Virus record (IMG/VR): IMGVR_UViG_3300037067_015585
Coordinates: 160,001-224,000 of that record
Length of the DNA stretch: 64,000 nucleotides
Strand: one strand, 5' to 3'
From: a virus
Taxonomy: Duplodnaviria; Caudoviricetes
The notes beneath the pieces are model-generated. The model saw nothing but the letters and a program-made list of their open reading frames with translations. It was not told the origin of the DNA and did no database searches. The translations under genes and the position numbers were made by a program. Shown piece by piece: positions 49,131-59,456 of this stretch; the first letter of the stretch is position 1, and the number at the start of each line of letters is the position of its first letter.

Positions 49131-49575
49131 TGGTGTGGCCTGGTGAGGTCCGGCTAGGCATGGCGGGGTTTGGTGGGGTAGGGTACGGTCAGGTCTGGGT
49201 GCCAATGGCACATTTACAAATCAAGAGCAATGTGGTGAGGTGAGGTGAGGTATGGTGTGGCGCGGTGCGGTGTGGCCTGGTGCGGTCGGGCCTGGCGAGG
49301 TGCGGTAAGGTTTGGGTGCCAATGGCACATTTACAAATCAATACTAGTGATATGGCTAGGCGAGGCGCGGTCTGGTAAGGTAAGGTCTGGTGCGGTGCGG
49401 TGTGGCGTGGTAAGGTTTGGGTGCCAATGGCACATTTATAAATCAAGAGTGATGGCCGGGCGAGGTGCGGTGTGGTTTGGTCGGGTCAGGTCTGGTGTCG
49501 TGCGGTTTGGTGTGGTAAGGTAAGGTGTGGTAAGGTTTGGGTGCCAATGGCACATTTACAAATCAATACTAGTGA
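49131..49575 (+). repeat. array of four 28-bp repeats, each preceded by an in-phase GGYNN pentamer tract
   Basis: gggtgccaatggcacatttacaaatcaa at 49197, 49314, 49419 (one C>T) and 49539; tracts of 13, 16, 13 and 17 pentamers. Confidence 0.95.
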
Positions 49576-49578
49576 ATT

Positions 49579-50457
49579 ATGAGCTTAACAATATCAATAA
49601 TCGGCAAGAATGAGGAAGATAATCTTAGTCGCTGTATCAAGTCAGTGCTTCCAATTGCTGATTTGATCGTCTACGCTGATACTGGTAGTACTGATTCGTC
49701 AATTGAAATTGCTGGATCACTCGGATGTACTATTCGGAACATCAAATTTGAAGATTTTGCACAAGCACGCAACGACGCGAAGGAAGGCATTCCTGATGAC
49801 TGGATCTTGCAAATCGACGCCGACGAAGTGTTATTGAATGCCGAAAAACTGCTACCATGCCTCGAATCAGATTATTATGAGGCATATCTGTCATCGCAAG
49901 AACATCTAATGATCGGTGGCAACAAAACATCGATCGCTATGCGATTGTTTAGAAATCGTGAACATTATAAGTATGTTGGATGCATTCACGAAATGCCAGA
50001 GGATATGAATGCAAGTGGTCCTGACAAGGCCATCTCACCATATATGTTCACGAAGGATTGGGGGTTCGCACATTATGGATGTGTTGACGAACCGCTGCGG
50101 CGAGTGAAAGTATCTGAGCGTAATCTAAAACTATTAATCAAGGATCTGCATGTTAATCCATATAGGTCTTATAATAAATACTTGATGATACGCGATTACC
50201 TCAATATCTATAAATGGAGAACAGAAGCGAACGGATTTAGGTGTAAGTTTGGATCTATCGAGCACAACCTTTTGTGTGCAGTAATAAGAGACTACGACAA
50301 ATACAAAAAAGACATATTATCGCGTTATCGTGATCTAGCAAACGAAGTTTTTGAATCAGCCCAATCTGTGCTATCACAACAGGATTATCAATATATTGAA
50401 ACGAATATGTCGCCAATCGAATTGCTATCATTAGGGTTGAGTGATGCCAGCGCATAA
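49579..50457 (+). CDS. glycosyltransferase family 2
   Basis: IIGKNEE, DTGSTD, FAQARN, WILQIDADE, IHE, HYG. Confidence 0.9.
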   Translation: MSLTISIIGKNEEDNLSRCIKSVLPIADLIVYADTGSTDSSIEIAGSLGCTIRNIKFEDFAQARNDAKEGIPDDWILQIDADEVLLNAEKLLPCLESDYYEAYLSSQEHLMIGGNKTSIAMRLFRNREHYKYVGCIHEMPEDMNASGPDKAISPYMFTKDWGFAHYGCVDEPLRRVKVSERNLKLLIKDLHVNPYRSYNKYLMIRDYLNIYKWRTEANGFRCKFGSIEHNLLCAVIRDYDKYKKDILSRYRDLANEVFESAQSVLSQQDYQYIETNMSPIELLSLGLSDASA

Positions 50458-50638
50458 AGTGATAGCAACAAGCCTCGATCAGATAATTGGGCAGACTTTT
50501 ATTGACTATGAACACAGTACAGAAGACGAATCTGTTTCCGGCAGTGATGAGGTTATATTGCATTTTTCTGGTGGTAGCGAGATTTTAATTTATTTCCACC
50601 AGCACGAAAAATGTGTAAAGGTCGAGGGAGATTAATAG

Positions 50639-51274
50639 ATGCCAGCACCCAAAGTAATCTGTAGCATTTGCGGACAAGAGGTCAACAAAGCACAAACGAC
50701 GCATATAGGTGGTGGTAAACGGGCTTGCCGTTCTCATGAAGGCGTAGTAGAGGCAGGCAAACGTGAGCATGAAAATGCTGAGCAGAAAAGACGCGCAGCA
50801 TTAGAGTCGATGCAAAAGAAGCACCACACACACGACGACATAGACCTAAAGCCAAGATGTATGATCTGTAATAGGACTGGCATGCATCAAGTAGAATGGT
50901 TTGCTCGTGCAGCAATCGAATTAAAGAAGCGAGAAATATTGCGTGATAGTGGTGCTGCTGCAGCAAAGCCAGATAATTCTTTGCTGAATATACCATGTTT
51001 ATATCAAGTAGCTTGGCATAACAAAAATGTTCAAATCAAGATTCCACATGAGACCTATGAATTTACGCTATTTCAACGATCGCTTGGTTTAGATGTTCCA
51101 GTGCTTTTGGTTTGCCAAGAATGCGTCGATGAGAGAGGATTAATCACAACGCTCCAGGAAAGACTTGATAACATTGATCCCGAAATGTTCGTGAGGATAG
51201 CACAAACCGTAGGTGCTATTATGAAATCAGAAGTTGAGCAGGTGGCGATGCGAGAGATAATCGAGTCGAATTAG
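50639..51274 (+). CDS. Zn-finger hypothetical protein
   Basis: CSIC..CRSH, CMIC..CQEC. Confidence 0.55.
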   Translation: MPAPKVICSICGQEVNKAQTTHIGGGKRACRSHEGVVEAGKREHENAEQKRRAALESMQKKHHTHDDIDLKPRCMICNRTGMHQVEWFARAAIELKKREILRDSGAAAAKPDNSLLNIPCLYQVAWHNKNVQIKIPHETYEFTLFQRSLGLDVPVLLVCQECVDERGLITTLQERLDNIDPEMFVRIAQTVGAIMKSEVEQVAMREIIESN

Positions 51275-51281
51275 GTGTGAT

Positions 51282-52031
51282 ATGAGAATAAAATCAGACT
51301 TTCATGATTACTACGATAGCATCCAATCATTTGGGCAAGATCAGTCACTTATCTATATTCGCAAGAAGATCGATTTCCCAGTTGCGACGGAATTAAAAAC
51401 AAAGAAGCTGCCATTTCCATCGGTTAGTTTAGACCGCGATCATTCGTTCGCGAGGCATGGCGATCTACCGACCAGTGCGCGATTTTATGTTATTGGATTT
51501 GCCGGAAAAGTCTATCCATTGTTTGAACTCATTTGGTGTTATGATTATCCATATGAAAAAAGATCAGAGTTCTGCTATAGCATGGTAGACATAGACAGGA
51601 CTATTGAGAAGCATTGCAATAAAAAAGCACAAGAGAGTTATAATGAGTTCGTACTACGTAAAAAACGTAGCCGCGACTATTGGCGTTGGCGTAACATTGC
51701 AATTAAGAGAGCAACATTCGTAGAATTTTTCGACATATGGGGACAAGAAGATCAAACAATAAAAGCTGCGCCGTTGTTTGAGAAATATCCTGTGTGGGTC
51801 ATTGAAGAGCGACGTGATGGATGGTATGTTTGCTACAATTGCAATCTAAAGCCATTTAAATTCTTCAAAGTAAAAGACCCAATGACCGCGTACCAGGAAA
51901 TCAATATGTTCTTGAGCAACATAGCAGTGCCACAAAAGCCAATCCCGGTACCATCTGATAAAGATATGGTCAGTATTAAAGGGTTTGATAAATTTAGTTT
52001 TCGCAAAGAGCCAAGCAAGAAGAAAAAATGA
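51282..52031 (+). CDS. conserved phage hypothetical protein
   Basis: MRIKSDFHDYYD...DP.TAYQEI..F....GFD..SFRK. Confidence 0.65.
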   Translation: MRIKSDFHDYYDSIQSFGQDQSLIYIRKKIDFPVATELKTKKLPFPSVSLDRDHSFARHGDLPTSARFYVIGFAGKVYPLFELIWCYDYPYEKRSEFCYSMVDIDRTIEKHCNKKAQESYNEFVLRKKRSRDYWRWRNIAIKRATFVEFFDIWGQEDQTIKAAPLFEKYPVWVIEERRDGWYVCYNCNLKPFKFFKVKDPMTAYQEINMFLSNIAVPQKPIPVPSDKDMVSIKGFDKFSFRKEPSKKKK

Positions 52032-52438
52032 AAGATAGACTCTTCCAGAAAATCACAGAAGACAATCTACCGGTCGCGTTAACGTTGTACATTACACGTG
52101 ATGATATTGAATATCACGATTGGGATGAAATTGGTACATGGCGATTTATTAGTGGTATCGATAAGAGGCATCCATATAGATCAGCGTCATGTACATTCGT
52201 AGAGGCTGTAGCGGCTTTTTTGATGGGTGAAATCGCCGGATACTATGGTGAATGGATAGATCATATAATTGAAGAAGTCCCAAACTACAACAATGGCAAG
52301 GTACTCAAGGTTGAGAATTCACAGATCCAACACAGAAACGTTTGCCCATTATCAAGGGCTGAGTTGGATATACTGGTGGTTAATGGTTTCAAACCAATTG
52401 GGTATACGCCAGATAACACAACAAAACCGCTATTTTAA
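52028..52438 (+). CDS. hypothetical protein
   Basis: ORF. Confidence 0.5.
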   Translation: MKDRLFQKITEDNLPVALTLYITRDDIEYHDWDEIGTWRFISGIDKRHPYRSASCTFVEAVAAFLMGEIAGYYGEWIDHIIEEVPNYNNGKVLKVENSQIQHRNVCPLSRAELDILVVNGFKPIGYTPDNTTKPLF

Positions 52439-52442
52439 TTGA

Positions 52443-53480
52443 ATGAAAAGAGACACAATGAAGCTGAGCGACTTAGAAACGCTATTAAAATCCGCTAAAA
52501 CAGCACACGAACTTTTTGGCGATGATGTCGATGAAACCTATCGCGGATTTGCGATGATTTGCCATCCTGATCGTTTCGCTACTGATACAGATGAAATCAA
52601 GGAACACGCCAAAGAAGTCTTCCAACTTCTTGAGACTCGATACAATGAATTAAAGAAACCACCGGTAGTTTGGGCGTCATCTGAATATGGCTACCATCTC
52701 GGTCGGCAAATCGGCAAGGGCGAAATCTCAAATATTTATCTCGCTTCGCAGATTAGCGACAAGTTTGTACCAAAGGGTACGAGCAGACCTATGATTTTAA
52801 AGGTCGCACAAGCAAAAGAAGCGAACGAATATATCGACAAAGAAGCCAAGATATTAACGGATCTGCGTATCCAATCTGGAGATAGAAAATACAGCGATTA
52901 TCTACCAAAACCAGTTGAAATATTTGTTCATGATGGCTTGCATGTAGCCGTACAACATCATTACGATAGATTTTTCACGCTCAGTGAGATCATGGCTAGG
53001 CATACTAATGGTCTCAGTGGTCGGCATGTCGCGTGGATGTTTAAGCGGATTCTTACTATTATAGGATTCGCACACACAGCGAATTACATCCACTGTGCAG
53101 TATTCCCAATGCATATTATGTTTAATGCCGATAATCATGGCTGCAAGCTAATAAGCTGGGCTGGCTGCGTTCGCTCTGAGCAGAAATTGACGGTGGTGCC
53201 AATGGCTTATAAGCCGTGGTATCCAAAGAAAGAAATTACTAAACAATATCCAGCAACACCAAGCTTGGATATTTTCTTGGCTGCGAAGTCGATGCTTGAA
53301 CTGGTTAAGCTCGATAAAGAAAAAAGCATGACGCCGCAACCACTTTTGACATTTTTAGAATCATGCGTCGTTGAAAATCCTTTACAAAGGCCACAAGACG
53401 CGTGGAAGCTGTTGGATGAATGGGATACGCTTCTTAAAAAAGTGTATGGCCCTTCAAAATACGTTATTTTGGATATGTGA
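52443..53480 (+). CDS. J-domain plus protein-kinase-like fusion
   Basis: YR..AMICHPDR; IGKGEISNIY, LKVA, HCAVFPMHI, degenerate kinase motifs. Confidence 0.8.
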   Translation: MKRDTMKLSDLETLLKSAKTAHELFGDDVDETYRGFAMICHPDRFATDTDEIKEHAKEVFQLLETRYNELKKPPVVWASSEYGYHLGRQIGKGEISNIYLASQISDKFVPKGTSRPMILKVAQAKEANEYIDKEAKILTDLRIQSGDRKYSDYLPKPVEIFVHDGLHVAVQHHYDRFFTLSEIMARHTNGLSGRHVAWMFKRILTIIGFAHTANYIHCAVFPMHIMFNADNHGCKLISWAGCVRSEQKLTVVPMAYKPWYPKKEITKQYPATPSLDIFLAAKSMLELVKLDKEKSMTPQPLLTFLESCVVENPLQRPQDAWKLLDEWDTLLKKVYGPSKYVILDM

Positions 53481-53506
53481 TTTCCTTTTACCTTGGAGTT
53501 ATTATT

Positions 53507-54487
53507 ATGGGTGGTACATGTTGGTCTAATGACCATTATAAAGATCGTGCTACTATGCGTGCGGCAACGCACACACCGACATTCGCTTACGACGACGCGA
53601 TGAAGTCGGCTCCCGCCAGTGATCGAAAAGTTCACGATACTTTGAATCCGTTTGGCGTCAAGTTTCGCGAAAGCCGCGACAGTGAAGCTCACCCGACAAG
53701 TCTCGCTATCGGCGTCTTGTTTGATGAAACAGGATCTATGGCGAGCGTCCCCGTCAAGTTTCAGCAAGCTCTGCCACAATTGATGGGGTTGTTGATGCGA
53801 AAGGGTGTTGTTGAACATCCTCAAATCCTGATGGGTGCATTCGGCGATGCCAGTGGCGGCAGCGAGATTGCTCCGCTGCAGATCGGACAATTCGAGTCAG
53901 GTATCGAGATGGAAGATTGTTTGACCAATATCTATCTCGAAGGCATGGGTGGCGGTCAGAACACCGAGAGCTATGAACTGGCTATGTACTTCATGGCCCG
54001 CCATACCTCAATCGACTGCTTCGAAAAGAGAAACAAGCGTGGTTATCTCTTCTTGACCGGCGACGAGTTGTATTATCCGGAAGTCAAAGCCGATGAGGTC
54101 AAGCGGGTGATTGGTGATACGCTCCAGGGCAATATCTCAATCGAAACCATCGTTGAAGAAGTTCAACGTCTTTATGACGTGTATTTCTTGATTCCGGCTG
54201 GGACCAGCCACTACGACTCCAGATGGCTGCTTGAAGGATGGCAAAAGATTCTCGGCCAGCAAGTTCTCCGTTTGGATGATCCGACTGCAATCAGCGAAGT
54301 CGTTGCCAGCACGATTAGCCTTGCTGAAGGTTATGATCTTGATACCGTCGCTCGAAACCTCGACGACGCCGGTGTCTCATCAGATCGTCGTATGTCGATT
54401 ACGAAGGCGTTAGTACCTCTGGCTGACACTGCTGGTCGGAAAATCGCCAAAGGGTCCGTGTCTGGGACCGGCTTGGCGATGGTTTAA
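53507..54487 (+). CDS. vWA domain protein
   Basis: MIDAS DETGSM, GD, GGGQNTESYELA, TGDE. Confidence 0.85.
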   Translation: MGGTCWSNDHYKDRATMRAATHTPTFAYDDAMKSAPASDRKVHDTLNPFGVKFRESRDSEAHPTSLAIGVLFDETGSMASVPVKFQQALPQLMGLLMRKGVVEHPQILMGAFGDASGGSEIAPLQIGQFESGIEMEDCLTNIYLEGMGGGQNTESYELAMYFMARHTSIDCFEKRNKRGYLFLTGDELYYPEVKADEVKRVIGDTLQGNISIETIVEEVQRLYDVYFLIPAGTSHYDSRWLLEGWQKILGQQVLRLDDPTAISEVVASTISLAEGYDLDTVARNLDDAGVSSDRRMSITKALVPLADTAGRKIAKGSVSGTGLAMV

Positions 54488-54511
54488 CAACTACCTTCGT
54501 CGTGCTATAAT
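54483..54511 (+). promoter_or_regulatory. class I promoter
   Basis: TTTAAC-17 bp-TATAAT ending TCGTGCTATAAT. Confidence 0.65.
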
Positions 54512-54548
54512 CCCAAGTCCAGCCACATGGCTGGACTTGGGATGTTTT
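54510..54548 (+). terminator. 15-16-bp hairpin followed by GTTTT
   Basis: atcccaagtccagcca / tggctggacttgggat. Confidence 0.6.
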
Positions 54549-54562
54549 ATAACGGAGATGCC

Positions 54563-55756
54563 ATGACGAGTCGCGCTGTCATTACTGTTGGTTTAGGATT
54601 CGGTGACTGCTGCAAAGGCGCGACTGTAGACTATCTATGCAGAGAATTAAAGGCTGATTTAATTGTTCGATATAGTGGCGGCTGCCAAGCTGCGCACAAC
54701 GTCATGCTCCCATCTGGAGTATCACATACTTTTAGTCAATTCGGCTCTGGAACATTTAATCATGTCCAAACATATCTCGGGCCAGATGTAATTGTTTCGC
54801 CATTATTCATGATGAATGAGGCGAATCATCTCATTCAATTAGGTTATCGGCCATACAAGCTTCTCAAAGTAGACAAGGAATGTCTAATCACAACACCATA
54901 CCATCAATCATTAAACCGATTCCAAGAATTAAAAAGAGGCGATGGACGTCATGGCTCTTGTGGTATGGGTATAGGTGCCACACGCGAATATTCTTTACTC
55001 TACCCTGAGTACGCACTCAGGATGAAAGATTTACACCCGCATCATCACAATAGACTCGCTACCATTTATAAACTGCAAAAAATCAAGCAGTGGGTCAACG
55101 AAACAGCCGGTGTTGGGATTACAAATTATATAGATGTCGATGATATATATAACCATCTATATAATGCATCATGGGGTATCAACGTTGTAGACGAGATGCC
55201 AGAATTCAAGATGGCTGTCTTCGAAGGAGCACAGGGTATTCTACTAGATGAAAACTACGGCTATCACCCACATACCACATGGTCAACGGTGAATACGAAA
55301 CGTGCGTGGGAATTGCTTCAAAATAAAGATGTTGAAGTTCATGTGATGGGATGCACAAGGCCATATATGACGCGACATGGTGCTGGTACATTTCTTTCGT
55401 ATGATGAAGGGCTATCTAACAGACTATCCGTAATAGCTGATGCCGAGAATCCAAAAAATGAATGGCAAGGGCACGTACGTTATGGATTATTAGATTTAAA
55501 TGTATTGGCATACTCAAAGGCAGCGTTGGGTAGCAAGATGCATAGTGTATCTATGAGTTGTGTTGATCACATCGGAGAATCGATACCGATTATCGACACA
55601 GCAGAAGATGCAATTGAAACCGATCAAGCTGAATTGGGCAAAAGAATTGAACAAGTGCTTGCTCCGATTTCAGTTATAGGCGCAGGTAAAAGCTACGCAG
55701 ATCGCAGCATGACTCAACTGTCATGGCATAGTTTGAAAGATACAATAGAGGAATAA
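54563..55756 (+). CDS. adenylosuccinate synthetase-like protein (vWA/kinase-associated type)
   Basis: GLGFGDCCKG, RYSGG.QAAHNV, HTFSQFGSG, HGSCGMGIG, FEGAQG, TRHGAG. Confidence 0.85.
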   Translation: MTSRAVITVGLGFGDCCKGATVDYLCRELKADLIVRYSGGCQAAHNVMLPSGVSHTFSQFGSGTFNHVQTYLGPDVIVSPLFMMNEANHLIQLGYRPYKLLKVDKECLITTPYHQSLNRFQELKRGDGRHGSCGMGIGATREYSLLYPEYALRMKDLHPHHHNRLATIYKLQKIKQWVNETAGVGITNYIDVDDIYNHLYNASWGINVVDEMPEFKMAVFEGAQGILLDENYGYHPHTTWSTVNTKRAWELLQNKDVEVHVMGCTRPYMTRHGAGTFLSYDEGLSNRLSVIADAENPKNEWQGHVRYGLLDLNVLAYSKAALGSKMHSVSMSCVDHIGESIPIIDTAEDAIETDQAELGKRIEQVLAPISVIGAGKSYADRSMTQLSWHSLKDTIEE

Positions 55757-57409
55757 TAATGGCTAGAGATTTACGATCATCACTCGCAAAAGCACGCGAT
55801 ATATGGCTTGAATCGGACGAAGGGCACCGATGCTGCGATGGGACACCAACGGGAGTATTTCTTAAAAACAGAATTGAAGCCGCCTTTTTGGCTGGTGCGA
55901 CCACAGCAGAAACCGAAGCAAATGAAAAGATTGCAAAAGTCAAAGAACAAATAAAACTATTAGTTGATTCTCTATGACTCCAGATGAATTATTTAAAGCT
56001 GCGAAGGCACTCGCTGAAACTGCCGAAACGTGGGCAGATTTATCGAATGAACTGTTCGACCCAGTTGATGGTTTGATAACACAGGCATACCCAAGGAAAG
56101 AAGATCGTACTGCGTTCACAGAAACTAAAACATATCACGATATCAGATTGATTGTTGACGAAGTTATGGATCGTACTGGTATCATCGAAGGCGCAACACC
56201 AAAGAAGAAAAATGGCAAATCATAATATTTTGCGTAAAGCTGCTTTGGATGCAATACAGGCAGTGTTTTCTGATCGATCAGTATCTCAACGCGACACTTT
56301 GCATTCTTTGCGCGACATACGCGACGATCTTGAAATATTGATCGACGCCGTTGAATCAGATTTACGCAATAAGATACAAGAGGAAGAATGATGCTATCTA
56401 CATTACCAATTCTGACAGAACAGTTTCAGAGAGAAAAAATTGACGAATTATTGGCACAGTGCACGCCAAAGCAACAAGAACTATTCAAAAGGTGTTTTCC
56501 AGGTGGTATAAAAGAATATCAACTTGGAGACGCATATGCTTTATGTGAAAGAACTGTAAGGCAGAATAAACGTGAAGCTAAGACTGGCAATTAAAATCCA
56601 AAGGTTCTTCGAAGAACCAATCAAACGAAACGGTCGCCTCAGGCACAGGGGCATCTATTGCCCATACAACCATACACAATACAAAAAATCTATTGTCGCC
56701 TGCAATCGGCGTTGGATGGATGATCGAATACCTTACATCCCGTCAGATAGAGAATTAGAAGAGCGTGAAGAAATGCAAATCTGTATGTTATCAGATCTAT
56801 TGATCGATGATACAGATAAACGGGAAAAGTTCAAGGAAGATGCTCTAAAAGAACTTGACGATGCAAGACAATAGAAATCCATTATATGATCCGAGACCTG
56901 GTGATATCGTCGAAGCGACGATCGATACGGAAGTCATGGTGCGTCTAGTCACAATGGTCATCGAAGATACGGTGCGATTGGTCGTGTTCGACACATTTCA
57001 AGAGGGTAAGTTGTATTCGTCAGACAAATCGTCAATATTTTTATGGCGAGCGTGGTGTGAAGATAATGCTGCTATAGTCACACAATTGGGTGATCATGAG
57101 TAATATTTATGTTCTTGAGGGCTCGCAGCCGTATACAGCTACCGCACTGGTCTACGAACTAGATCTTGAAACGAATAATTATCTATATTTAAAATCTTAC
57201 GGTACCATTATTAAAAAGGCAAAGAACACACCTAACTTTAAATGGTATCGTTCTGAAGAAGAATTGCGGGTGGCGTGTAGAAAATGGATAGATGATACGA
57301 TTGAGGCCATGGAAAACAAATTGACGCGCCTCCGTGCGATCAACGATATTAAAATCAATGAGGTGTCACCAAATATTGGTGCACACAATCCGAAAGAGAT
57401 CAAAGTATA

Positions 57410-57778
57410 ATGCCGTCAGAAGCGTTTAATGCTCGACTAGAGGAACTCGTATTACAATCAACTGAAGAATCTTTGCGCAGATCTGCAGCTGATCGAGAAG
57501 CAGCAGAAATTGCGCGTGATACAGCTAAGATATGGATGGAATTGGCAAAGATTAAATCTGAGATTGATAAACTAGAGAGCGAGGAAAGACTAAAAATAAC
57601 CCAAATGATGCATGAGGGGTACCGTGAATATCAGCGTCCATCGCGGCAATTAGGAGTAGAGATAAGACACGAAGATGATTTGTGGATTGCTGAGCTTGGC
57701 GGTATAAAAGCTACCGGAGATACTCCAGCTATGGCTGCATCAGAATTTGACCACATTTGGGTATTCGGTGATGTATGA
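57410..57778 (+). CDS. hypothetical protein
   Basis: ORF within a run of short coupled ORFans (55759-58201). Confidence 0.5.
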   Translation: MPSEAFNARLEELVLQSTEESLRRSAADREAAEIARDTAKIWMELAKIKSEIDKLESEERLKITQMMHEGYREYQRPSRQLGVEIRHEDDLWIAELGGIKATGDTPAMAASEFDHIWVFGDV

Positions 57779-58183
57779 TCGGCGTCAGAGACCAATCAAT
57801 ATCTGATTATAAATGGTGGTTTTCTGAATTCGCTGAATTTGAAGATTTCGTTGGCATCGGTGAAGATCGTGCATTAACTCTTGCTATTGAACTAGATAAT
57901 GTTGGGTATCCGCAAGTGTGTATAGAAAGAATGCTTGTGGCCAATGGCTTAAGCGTTGATAATCTCATTAAATATTGCGACAGGTTGAGAAATGAAGATA
58001 AGCGAAATCAAAAAGGGTGAGACATATCTATGCACTAATGGGGCATATAGACGTATCCTGTTTACATGGCCGAACGGCGATGTTGCCTATGCAGCATGGA
58101 TGAGGGATAAGGCTGGCCAGATGGTTCGCAAGACTTGGATAGCTGGCAATTGCACCATGAAACACTTTGCGCGATGGGCAGTA

Positions 58184-59101
58184 TCAAAAGTCTCCGGGTA
58201 ATGCAGCCATTTCGCCTTCGCTTAGACCTTCAACGCCAGCGAACATAGCATATACATCTTCGTTGCTTTTTGAACCGCTATAGGCTTTCAAATAATCATC
58301 AAAATCGTTAACCAATAACGATAACATAACTTTATTTAATTCATTCTTAGATATTGATCTCTGACCTACTGTGTTGTTGTGTTCCCACTTTACACTGTTC
58401 AACCTACGAACAACATCATCAGCATCATCGTGAAATAGGTTTATGTAATAGTGTGATGTTGCTGACTGCGACAACTTGCGCGATGCCTTTCCAGCATACA
58501 TACCGACCCTTCTGACGCAAAAATCTGCGTTTGCGCGGACTATGTTCGCAACATAAGAAAAGCCGACTGGTGCAAAGCGATCGGGCTTAGGTCGTGGTTC
58601 ATACTTATTTTCCCAAATTTGAAACACCACAGGGACCTTCTGTACTTTATCATCGAGTAATGCGTTTTCTAATGGAACGTCAACCTGTTTTATTAGATGA
58701 TAATTTCGCGGCACTCTTTCTTGCATGCTTTCTTTCTTGTATGACAGCGGTAAGATAAAAGCGATTGTATCTGCAAACTCACAGCATTTCTTGATAAATG
58801 CAAGTGCTAAAGAGCCATTTGGGCCGAAGGGCGGATTACCTATGCATAGTATATTTCTTCGGTTAACATCACCAGTATAATGCATTTGTAGAAAATCAGC
58901 TTCAATGATTGAGTGATGCTTTGGGTGTATGTCGTATGCTTTACAGCCGTCGATTTGAATAGAAAAAGCACCATCGCCAGCTGAAGGTTCGATTATTAAT
59001 TTAAATCTTGATAAATCACCAACCTCACCAATTAACTTCTCGGCTATCTCCGGCATAGTAAAGAAAGTACACTGTTCACTTTTTCTAATATGTATTCCCA
59101 T
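58184..59101 (-). CDS. SAM-dependent amino (N6-adenine-type) DNA methyltransferase
   Basis: FFT, IEPSAGDGAF, YDI.P, DFL, GNPPFG, AFILP. Confidence 0.85.
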   Translation of the reverse strand: MGIHIRKSEQCTFFTMPEIAEKLIGEVGDLSRFKLIIEPSAGDGAFSIQIDGCKAYDIHPKHHSIIEADFLQMHYTGDVNRRNILCIGNPPFGPNGSLALAFIKKCCEFADTIAFILPLSYKKESMQERVPRNYHLIKQVDVPLENALLDDKVQKVPVVFQIWENKYEPRPKPDRFAPVGFSYVANIVRANADFCVRRVGMYAGKASRKLSQSATSHYYINLFHDDADDVVRRLNSVKWEHNNTVGQRSISKNELNKVMLSLLVNDFDDYLKAYSGSKSNEDVYAMFAGVEGLSEGEMAALPGDF

Positions 59102-59119
59102 ATGTATTTAAATACATAT
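59100..59119. promoter_or_regulatory. perfect 20-bp palindrome between divergent genes
   Basis: atatgtatttaaatacatat, i.e. back-to-back GTATTT motifs. Confidence 0.6.
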
Positions 59120-59120
59120 C

Positions 59121-59456
59121 ATGAAACATACAGCTACACCGTGGAAAGCGAAAAGCACAAAAACAGACAGCAGTTTCTCAGCTAATTGGCGAGAAATTTA
59201 CGCTGGCAATAGGCCCATTGTTAGTGCCGCATCTTATGATTCTTACAATACAGGTGATGATGGTACAACATGTGGTGTTTGTATTAGCGAAGATGACGCT
59301 AATTTCATCACTCATGCTTGCAATTGCCATGAGGATCTGCTAAGATCACTCAAGCTACTTCTTAGTGATATTGAAGCCGATCCGATGTCATCGGCTTATT
59401 TTGATTTGCGTCATATCAAAGCAGCACAAGAAGCAGTCATGAAGGCGGATCAATAA
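59121..59456 (+). CDS. phage hypothetical protein (HTxxPW...DA.FI..ACN type)
   Basis: Motif common in phage ORFans. Confidence 0.6.
   Translation: MKHTATPWKAKSTKTDSSFSANWREIYAGNRPIVSAASYDSYNTGDDGTTCGVCISEDDANFITHACNCHEDLLRSLKLLLSDIEADPMSSAYFDLRHIKAAQEAVMKADQ

Noticed and set aside
49189-49523. Arg/Gly-rich and Pro/His-rich ORFs across the array
   Set aside because: The 5-nt period is not codon-based and the repeats fall in different frames; these are probably by-products.
49131-49575. True CRISPR array
   Set aside because: The spacers are 77-92 bp of low-complexity pentamers rather than foreign sequence, and there are no cas genes in the window.
53207-53890. 227-aa minus-strand ORF and similar long antisense ORFs (e.g. 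11099-11617, 10293-10724)
   Set aside because: They overlap well-supported genes on the other strand and have no recognisable motifs.
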